Shown one piece after another: positions 54,176-64,000 of a stretch of DNA of 64,000 nucleotides. The position numbers and the translations under genes are program-made. The notes under the pieces are model-generated. The model worked only from the letters and a program-made list of their open reading frames with translations, was not told the origin of the DNA and made no database searches. This DNA comes from Eledone cirrhosa (Eukaryota): NCBI GenBank assembly GCA_964016885.1, contig OZ024757.1:21638001-21702000 (forward strand), given 5' to 3'. The first letter of the stretch is position 1, and the number at the start of each line of letters is the position of its first letter.

Positions 54176-55917
54176 TATATAGTTATAGAGGTATTTATTT
54201 ACGCTTTAATTTATATTTTTAATTATCGTGTCTATAGTCTGCCTTTCATAGGTTATAGATTCCATACACTGGTGGTTTTTTTCCTTGTTTTATTGATAAC
54301 GCACTGTATATCTCTCTCTCTCTCTCTGGTGTGTTACCTTTTCAACATATTGTATTTTAAAGAGCTCAGGATTTCTTCTCCTTTGAGCACATTATTTACA
54401 GGGAATAGCGAGGGCCTATGCCTCCGTTAATTTATCGTGATATATATACATATATATATATAAACATACACACATGGTGTAAATTAATGGTTGATAAGCA
54501 AATATTTTTATAGATATATGTATCAAAATACATGGACTCTGTCAGTCAATAAATATTTCTTTATATAGGAACACAACTAACCATGTAATATATATTGTCA
54601 CTCTGATTTAGATAGTGGTGGTGGTGGTGGTGGTGGTGGTGGTGGTAGTGGTAGTGGTGGTATGGTAGTGGTGGTGGTAGTGGTGTTAGTGATAGAGGTA
54701 TGGTAGTAGTGATGTTAATGGTAGTGGTAGTGGTGGTGGTAGTGGTGATGGTGGTGGTATGGTAGTGGGAGTATGGTACTGGCGGTGGTATGGTACTGGT
54801 GGAGGTGGTATGGTAGTGGCTGTGGTAGCAGTATGGTAGTGGTAGTGTTAGTGGTTGTGTTGGTGCTGTTAGTAGCGGTGGTGGTGGGTGGTATTGTAGT
54901 GTGGTGGTGTTGAAGATGGTTGTGGTGGTGGAATTGTAGTGGTGGTAGTGGTATTGTAGTGTGGTGGTGTTGAAGATGGTTGTGGTGGTGGAGGCAGTGA
55001 GTGGTAGTGGTGGTAGATATAGTAGTGATGTTGTCGGTGGTGGGTGTGGTGGTGGGAGAGTAATTTTTAACCACAAAATTAACCAGTTTGAAACCATGTT
55101 ACTCCTTAAAAACTATCTAACAAAATAAATAAATAAATAAATAAATAAACAACAAAATATATGATAAGAGAAGGAAGAGGAGAAGGAAGAGGAGAAGAAA
55201 GAGGAGAAGAAAGAAGCCAGGCTCTCTGGCTTTACAATACAAACATTATATGATGAATGCTAAATGAAAACAAACACTATTAGCTTTAATGAGGAAATGA
55301 AAAGATAAAGCTAGCTATTATATAAACAAATTATATTATTAATTAGGTTTGTGATAGATGAGTGGACGTGTGGTTTGGGTTAGAGACAGGTATAAGCTTG
55401 GCGACTAAACTAATTTGGTCAACAATGGAAGAAGATTGGTAGAGATGGATGCCAACATTGTATCAATATTTTTTCAATATTGTTTCATTTATTTGAGGTT
55501 GATAAAAAAAAAAAAAGTACCAGTCTAATACTGGGATTGATTCTTCCTCTATATCTCTTTCTCACTTCCTTTCTCTCACTCTCTATCTTTCTCTGGAAGA
55601 AATCTGCTGTATTATGGCCTGGAGATGGGGGGGGGGGACCCACCAAGTTCTAAAATGCCCCAAGAAATGCTGTATGTTAATATGGCACCCCTACAACTCC
55701 TTCAGGATTGACATGACTACACACACACACACACACACACGCACACACATACACATACACACACATCTTTCTCACTTTTCTCCTTCTCTGGAAGAAATTT
55801 ACTGTATTCAGACCTGGAGAGAGATGAGCTCTGCCAGGTTTAAATATGCTCTGGTAACGCCATATGTCAATATGGCAGCCGTACAACCCCCTCAGGAGCT
55901 ACAGGTCGATAATATAG

Positions 55918-57337
55918 TATATTGTTTCAGCATTCTTTCAATATTGTTTTGATATTGTTTCAATATTGTTTTAGCATTCTTTCAATATTGTTTTGATATT
56001 GTTTCAGTATTGTTTCAGCATTCTTTCAATATTATTTTGATATTGTTTCAGTATTGTTTCAGCATTCTTTCAATATTATTTTGATATTGTTTCAGTATTG
56101 TTTCAGTATTGTTTCAGCATTCTTTCAATATTGTTTTGATATTGTTTCAGTATTGTTTCAATATTGTTTCAGTATTGTTTCAGCATTCTTTCAATATTGT
56201 TTCAGTATTGTTTCAGCATTCTTTCAATATTATTTTGATATTGTTTCAGTATTGTTTCAGCATTCTTTCAATATTGTTTTGATATTGTTTCAGTATTGTT
56301 TCAGCATTCTTTCAATATTATTTTGATATTGTTTCAGCATTCTTTCAATATTATTTTGATATTGTTTCAGTATTGTTTCAGCATTCTTTCAATATTATTT
56401 TGATATTGTTTCAGTATTGTTTCAGCATTCTTTCAATATTGTTTTGATATTGTTTCAGTATTGTTTCAATATTGTTTCAGTATTGTTTCAGCATTCTTTC
56501 AATATTGTTTCAGTATTGTTTCAGCATTCTTTCAATATTGTTTCAGTATTGTTTCAGCATTCTTTCAATATTGTTTTGATATTGTTTCAGTATTGTTTCA
56601 GCATTCTTTCAATATTGTTTTGATATTGTTTCAGTATTGTTTCAGCATTCTTTCAATATTGTTTTGATATTGTTTCAGTATTGTTTCAGCATTCTTTCAA
56701 TATTGTTTTGATATAATTTAAATATCATTTCAGCATTGTACCAATATTGTTTCAATAATGTTTCAATGTTGTATCAATAATCTTTCAGTATCTTTTCAAT
56801 AATTGTTTCTACTTTTGGCACAAGGCCAGCAATCACCCAGTGCATTACTGGTACTTTATTTTATCGATCCCGTAAGGATGAAAGGCAAAGTTAACCTCGG
56901 CGGGATTTGAACTCAGAATGGCAAGGGCCGTAACTCTATGCGTCAAAGCATGGCGCCCGACCCTCTACCGATACTGCCAATCCACCACCCTTGTTGTATC
57001 AATATTGTTTCAATGTTGTGCCAATAATGTTTCAATGTTGTATCAATAATGTTTCAATGTTGTGCCAATAATGTTTCAATGTTGTGCCAATATTGTTTCA
57101 ATGTTGTATCAATATTGTTTCAATGTTGTATCAATAATGTTTCAATGTTGTGCCAATAATGTTTCAATATTGTATCAATAATGTTTCAATGTTGTATCAA
57201 TAATGTTTCAATATTGTATCAATAATGTTTCAATGTTGTATCAATAATGTTTCAATGTTGTGCCAATAATGTTTCAATGTTGTATCAATATTGTTTCAAT
57301 GTTGTATCAATAATGTATCAATATTGTATCAATGTTG
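55918..57337. repeat. 11-bp-monomer higher-order minisatellites interrupted by a MetaSINE-like copy (56800-56991)
   Basis: tattgtttcag / cattctttcaa / tattgttttga and caatgttgtat / caataatgttt. Confidence 0.9.
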
Positions 57338-58209
57338 CCCATGACTGTTTTAGAGAAATACCAAATCAAACCCAGTACATGATCAGTACTTTATTTTAGG
57401 GACTTTGTAATAAAATGAAAGGTCAATGCGACCTCAGTGAGATTTGATCCCAAAATGTAAGGAACTGTAATTAAATATCACAATACATTTAATCAGATGC
57501 TCTACCAATTCCACCAGTCCACATATTTTGTAGTGATATTAATTTCAAATTTAGGCACAAGCCCAGCAATTTTTTTGGTAAAGAAAGGCAAAGAGTTGAT
57601 TAAACCTCACCAGTGTATGACTGGTAATTTATTTTATCAACTCCAGAAGAATGTCATGTAGGACACAGTTGAAAGATACCACTCTGACCAGGGTGTACAG
57701 TCTGTCAATACCCCCCCCCCCCCCCGCTTCCCTTCCATTGTTGTTTAATTTTCTTCTTTCACTTTAATTAGTATTGAAATGACACGACCCTCCCCCACAA
57801 CCACAGGACCCTCCCTCCCAACAATAACACGACCCCCTTCCCAATAATACACAACCCCCCCCTCCATTATGACCCCCCCTAACACGACGGCCCCCCCCCC
57901 TCCCAACAATGACACAATTAGACACAGTTGAACATTTAAATGAAAGTAAGAACTTACAACTGACACAAATAAATGCTGTAGACTTTCTATGTAAATATTG
58001 TACTGGGTAGGAGATAGGGTAAGGAGAGAAGGACACGGGGGGGGGGGGGGGGAAGGAAGAAGGTAAAGAAGAGAAGGAAAGGAAGGAAGAGAGGGAGGGA
58101 GGAAGATAGACAGGAAGGTATGGTAATGAGGGCTCAGTGAAAGCTTGTTTATTAGTTTACAATGATAAGCTAATAAAAGCTGATATCACAGATATTACCA
58201 GTTGCTACA

Positions 58210-59604
58210 TTAACCCTTTAGCATTCACATTACTCTATATATACTATTATAGTTTCACAGTAAAGGCTTTACCTCACATAACATTCACATTACTCTATAT
58301 ATACTATTGTAGTTTCACAGTAAAGGCTTTACCTCACATAATATCTCACATTACATTCACATTACTCTATATATACTATTGTAGTTTCACAGTAAAGGCT
58401 TTACCTCACATAATATCTCACATAACATTCACATTGCTCTATATATACTATTGTATTTTCACAGTAAAGGCTTTACCTCACATAATATCTCACATTACAT
58501 TCACATTACTCTATATATACTATTGTAGTTTCACAGTAAAGGCTTTACTTCACATAATATCTCACATTACATTCACATTACTCTATATATACTATTGTAG
58601 TTTCACAGTAAAGGCTTTACCTCACATAATATCTCACATTACATTCACATTACTCTATATATACTATTATATTTTCATGGTAAAGGCTTTACCTCACATA
58701 ATATCTCACATTACATTCACATTACTCTAAATATACTATTGTAGTTTCACAGTAAAGGCTTTACCTCACATAATATCTCACATAACATTTACATTACTCT
58801 ATATATACTATTGTATTTTCACAGTAAAGGCTTTACCTCACATAATATCTCACATTACATTCACATTACTCTATATATACTATTGTAGTTTCACAGTAAA
58901 GGCTTTACCTCACATAATATCTCACATAACATTCACATTGCTCTATATATACTATTGTATTTTCACAGTAAAGGCTTTACCTCACATAAGTATCTCACAT
59001 AACATTCACATTACTCTATATATACTATTGTAGTTTCACAGTAAAGGCTTTACCTCACATAATATCTCACATTACATTCACATTACTCTATATATACTAT
59101 TGTAGTTTCACAGTAAAGGCTTTACCTCACATAATATTTCACATACCATTCACATTACTCTATATATACTATTGTAGTTTCACAGTAAAGGCTTTACCTC
59201 ACATAATATCTCACATAACATTCACATTACTCTATATATACTATTGTAGTTTCACAGTAAAGGCTTTACCTCACATAATATCTCACATTACATTCACATT
59301 ACTCTATATATACTATTGTAGTTTCACAGTAAAGGCTTTACCTCACATAATATCTCACATAACATTCACATTACTCCATATATACTATTGTAGTTTCACA
59401 GTAAAGGCTTTACCTCACTCTATATATACTATTGTAGTTTCACAGTAAAGGCTTTACCTCACATAATATCGTTTCTATGAGATGTTGAGAACTATACCTT
59501 TATGTCAGTATGAGTGGTCAACTGGCCAATACATGGCTGGATTGAGCAGAAAGAGGTGAGAGAATTCTGGCCGGATACAGCCGGTTTAAATGCTAAAGGG
59601 TTAA
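58210..59604. mobile_element. piggyBac-type MITE with ~17x 72-bp internal array
   Basis: TTAACCCTTTAGCATT...AATGCTAAAGGGTTAA termini. Confidence 0.8.
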
Positions 59605-60087
59605 AACATAGGCAGTGAATTGGCAGAGTCATTAGAACATGAGATAGAATGCTCTGTGGTATTTATTTTGGCTCTCTACCCTCTGTGTTCAAATCCTGCT
59701 GAGGTCAACTTTGCCTTTCATCCAGTCAAGGTTGATAAAAAGAAGTACCAGTCAAATACTGGGATTGATTCTTCCTCTATATCTCTTTCTCACTTCTTTT
59801 TTTTTTTTTCTCATTATCTGCTACGTAAACAAATTATATTATCATCGTTACGGGGGGAGGGAGAGGGGGTTCGATAAAATAAAGTACCTCTGGGATAATT
59901 GCTGGCCTTGTGCCAAAAGTAGAAACAATTATTAATTAGGTTTGTGATAGATGAGTGGGTGTGCAGTGGGGGGTTGGGTTAGTGACAGGTATAATATAAG
60001 GCTGGCCAATAAACTAATTTGGTCAACAATGGAAGAAGCTTGGTAGAGATGGATGGCAATATTGTTTCATTATTGTTTCATCCATAC

Positions 60088-60646
60088 GGTGGAGGGTCGG
60101 ACGCCATGCTTTGACGCAGAGAGTTACGGCCCTTGCCATTCTGAGTTCAAGTCCCGCCGAGGCTAACTTTGCCTTTCATCCATACAGGGGTCGATAAAAT
60201 AAAGTACCAGTAATACACTGGGTAATTGCTGGCCTTGTGCCAAAAGTAGAAACAATTATTTATTCAGTATTGACAGTATCGGTAGAGGGTCGGACGCCAT
60301 GCTTTGACGCAGAGAGTTACGGCCCTTGCCATTCTGAGTTCAAGTCCCGCCGAGGCTAACTTTGCCTTTCATCCTTACAGGGGTCGATAAAATAAAGTAC
60401 CAGTAATACACTGGGTAATTGCTGGCCTTGTGCCAAAAGTAGAAACAATTATTTATTCAGTATTGACAGTATCGGTAGAGGGTCGGACGCCATGCTTTGA
60501 CGCAGAGAGTTACGGCCCTTGCCATTCTGAGTTCAAGTCCCGCCGAGGCTAACTTTGCCTTTCATCCATACAGGGGTCGATAAAATAAAGTACCAGTAAT
60601 GCACTGGGTAATTGCTGGCCTTGTGCCAAAAGTAGAAACAATTATT
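60088..60646 (+). mobile_element. Tandem trimer of MetaSINE-like SINE (193-bp period)
   Basis: Three near-identical units; flanked by attattgtttcatccat-like duplication. Confidence 0.85.
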
Positions 60647-61017
60647 GTTTCATCCATTCAAGGTTGATAAAGCATGTACCAGACTAATACTGGGACTGAT
60701 TCTTCCTCACTTCCATTCTGTCACTCTCTATCTTTCTCTGCAAGAAAGCTGCTGCATTCAGGCCAACCCCACTGAGGCCAACTTTGCCTTTCATCCATTC
60801 CAGGTCAATAAAAAATATACCAGTTAAGTACTGGAGTCGATTCTTCCTCTATATCTCTTTCTTACTTTCATTCTCTCTTTCTATTCTTCTCGGGAAGAAA
60901 TCTACGGTATTTAGACTTGGAGAGAAGGTGGGCTTTACAAGTTTAAAAAAAAAGAACCCTCCCAAAATGCTTTATGTCAATATGGCACTCCTGCAACTCC
61001 TTCGGGAGTTACAGGTC

Positions 61018-61361
61018 CATCATCATCATCATCATTTCATTTTGCGTCCGCGTTTCCCTGCTTGCAAGGGTGAGACGGGAACTGATTCTGGCTTGATTTC
61101 TACAGTTGGATGCCCTTCCTAACACCAACCTCATTTACAGTGAGTGCTGGGTGCTTTTTTTTTCCGTGGCACCTCCACGACCACTTTGCAGTGGAATGAT
61201 AGGGACCCCAGTCCTATCATATCATTTCTACAGCTGAGTGAAGTGGAGCAATGTGAAATAAAGTGTCTTGCTCAAGGAAACAACACATCACCCGGTATGA
61301 GAATTGAACTCACAACCTTTTGATTGCAAGGCCAATGCTCTAACCACTAAGCCATGTGCCT
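61018..61361 (-). mobile_element. tRNA-derived SINE with RTE-type tail
   Basis: Family homology. Confidence 0.85.
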
Positions 61362-62372
61362 CAATTATATGTATGTATATATATGTGTGTGTGTGTGTGT
61401 GGAAATGAGTTTATTATCAGATTGGGCCAAGGAAACACAGTTTCCATTGGTCTTTGTATCACTGATGTTCTCTGACAGTCATTACTCCCAGCAGAAGGCG
61501 GTGGGATTTGAACTCAGAGCAGAGATCACAAAGAACCAAATCAGATACCACAAAACATCCCATCTCACTTTAACAATTCTTTCCACCAATTGTGATGAAT
61601 CCTTCAACTGAAAAGCAATATTCTATTTTAGGTGAGTGAATCCATAACAAAAAGTATGGCTCTGATTGAATTCAAAGAAAGAAAATGTTATGAGGCCAGC
61701 GAGAAAAGATAATTGTTCTTGTTTACTGCAGCATAAGCCTTCAGGTGGATCAGCAACAAAAGGTGGTTAGTGTGAGAACTTAGAGAATTCCCTGCATCTC
61801 TTTATAAATACAATTACAATATCTACAGTCCATTAGAGGGGGGTAGTCAGAGATAACTTATTGTACAATTCAGCAAACACCTTATTTCAAACATACAAAC
61901 AACAACAAACAAAACTTTACAGTCTTAAACCAATATCATTAGAGAAACGGGAAGAAAACAAAATAAAGTATTGTGTGTGAGTTATCTTTAGAAAGCACGG
62001 TATGAAGGAGGAGTAACTGTAACTAACCTGTTACAGAATGAGAAGTTTTATTGTTATCTATATATATGTTTTAAAGACTCACAAAAGCTTCTTACTGCAG
62101 TTCACTGAATTGTTCTATTAAACTACACTTACCTGAAAAATAAGGGAAAAAAAATTATTAGTTTCCTGTTACAGTAATTTCAGTGTATGTGTTTGTATAT
62201 TACACACACACATATACATATATATATATATATATATACGCACACTCACACACACACATATATATACATACATATATATAAATACAAATATATGTGTTAT
62301 ATATATATATATATATATATAACAAATATATATATGTTATATATATATATATATATAACAAATATATATATG

Positions 62373-62414
<42 letters not shown>

Positions 62415-62707
62415 CAAATATATATATGTTATATATATATATATATATAACAAATATATATGTTATATATATATATATATATATGTTATATATATATATA
62501 TAATATATATGCAATATATATATAATACTGTTTTATTAAAAGGTAATTGCAATGAAAATGGGACATTATTTGTTAAAAAATAATGGTAACAATAACAACA
62601 GTGTTTAATGGTCCATATATTATGGGACAAAATCCCCCTTTATCACAAGAGCAATTGAGGGGAGCTTAAATGTGACACAAAATATCCTGCTCTGCATTAA
62701 TTTACTC

Positions 62708-63380
62708 AGATGTAGCACAAACAGATGTAACAGACAAACAGATGTAACAGACAAACATATGTAACAGACAAACAAATTTAACAGACAAACAGATGTAACA
62801 TACAAACGGATGTAACACACAAACAGATGTAACACACAGACAGATGTAACACGTAGACAGATGTAACATAGAAACAGATGTAACATACAAACAGATGTAA
62901 CATACAAACAGATGTAACATGAAAACAGATGTAACATACAAACATATGTAACACACAAACAGATGTAACATACATACAGATGTAACACACAGACAGATGT
63001 AACACACAAACAGATGTAACACACAAATAGATGTAACACACAAATAGATGTAACACACAGATAGATGTAACACACAAACAGATGTGACACAAACAGATGT
63101 AACACACAAACAGATGTGACACAAACAGATGTAATATACAAACAGATGAAATATAGTACCAGATGTAATATAGTAACAGATGTAATATAGTAAGAGATGT
63201 AATAGAGTAAGAGATGTAATAGAGTAAGAGATGTAATATAGTAACAGATGTAATATAGTAACAGATGTAATATAGATATAATACAGTAACAGATGTAATA
63301 TAGTAACAGATGTAATATAGTTAGAGATGTAATATAGTAACAGATGTAATATAGTACCAGATGTAATATAGTAACAGACG
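62708..63380. repeat. 17-18-bp minisatellites
   Basis: acagatgtaacacacaa grading into acagatgtaatatagta. Confidence 0.9.
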
Positions 63381-63749
63381 TTACCTAGAAACAAAGTGAT
63401 ACATCATCAGAAGACATGGCTGTGTACACCTTGGAATACAGGGGTGAGGATGCAGGCAGGAGGGAAACTTGCCTGAAACTGGTGAGAACCAGTGATAAAT
63501 AATTATTTCCTGATATCTTAAGAAAGTAAGGATGTCTTGCCCCAGCCTCACGGCCACCCCTAGGGCATGACACAACAACACGACAGATGAGGATTACAAT
63601 AATTATCATGACTATGACATTAACAATAACAACACAAATATATTTTGTCTCCTTGAATTAACATTCCCTGTGAAGCAAATATACATAGATACATACATGC
63701 ATGCATAGATACATACACATATATACATACACACACACACACACATATG

Positions 63750-63794
<45 letters not shown>

Positions 63795-64000
63795 CTTCCC
63801 ATGTTTGCATCCAAACTGATATTTATTATCCTACGTTAATGGCTTCAGGGCATCTTTATCATTTATTTACAGCTCTTTAATTATACAAGCTCCTCTTTTG
63901 AAGTGGAAAGAAATTTATTGATTGTAACATACATCATAGCTTGCTACTCTCTCTCTCCCATATTTATCTAGTGCTCACATAACTTTCCAATGCACAAAGC

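Overview
Eukaryotic, very AT-rich, microsatellite-saturated DNA with no recognisable intact protein-coding gene. The repeat content suggests a cephalopod genome, probably Octopus (inference): MetaSINE-like and tRNA-derived SINEs, RTE/CR1/CRE/R4 LINE fragments, and huge (TA)n, (TATG)n, (GAT)n and (GGT)n tracts. Nearly all long ORFs in the track are translations of simple repeats. The main hidden signal is a dense set of type I hammerhead-ribozyme (HHR) motifs read by eye on both strands: about 13 complete or near-complete, plus several half motifs. Most are the minimal form with a palindromic helix III, typical of Penelope-like retroelement pLTRs and retrozymes. They belong to several sequence-unrelated short elements, almost all inserted in (TA)n tracts. 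Many share a covarying helix II with a C-C/C-U mismatch at the 4th position, and several sit in head-to-head fold-back inverted duplications, some of which fold back within helix II. Also present: a piggyBac-type MITE that seeds 72-bp tandem arrays, a SINE sharing its 3' tail with an RTE LINE, filled/empty insertion-site pairs, Helitron ends, and weak splice-signal hints. All structure calls are manual and unvalidated.
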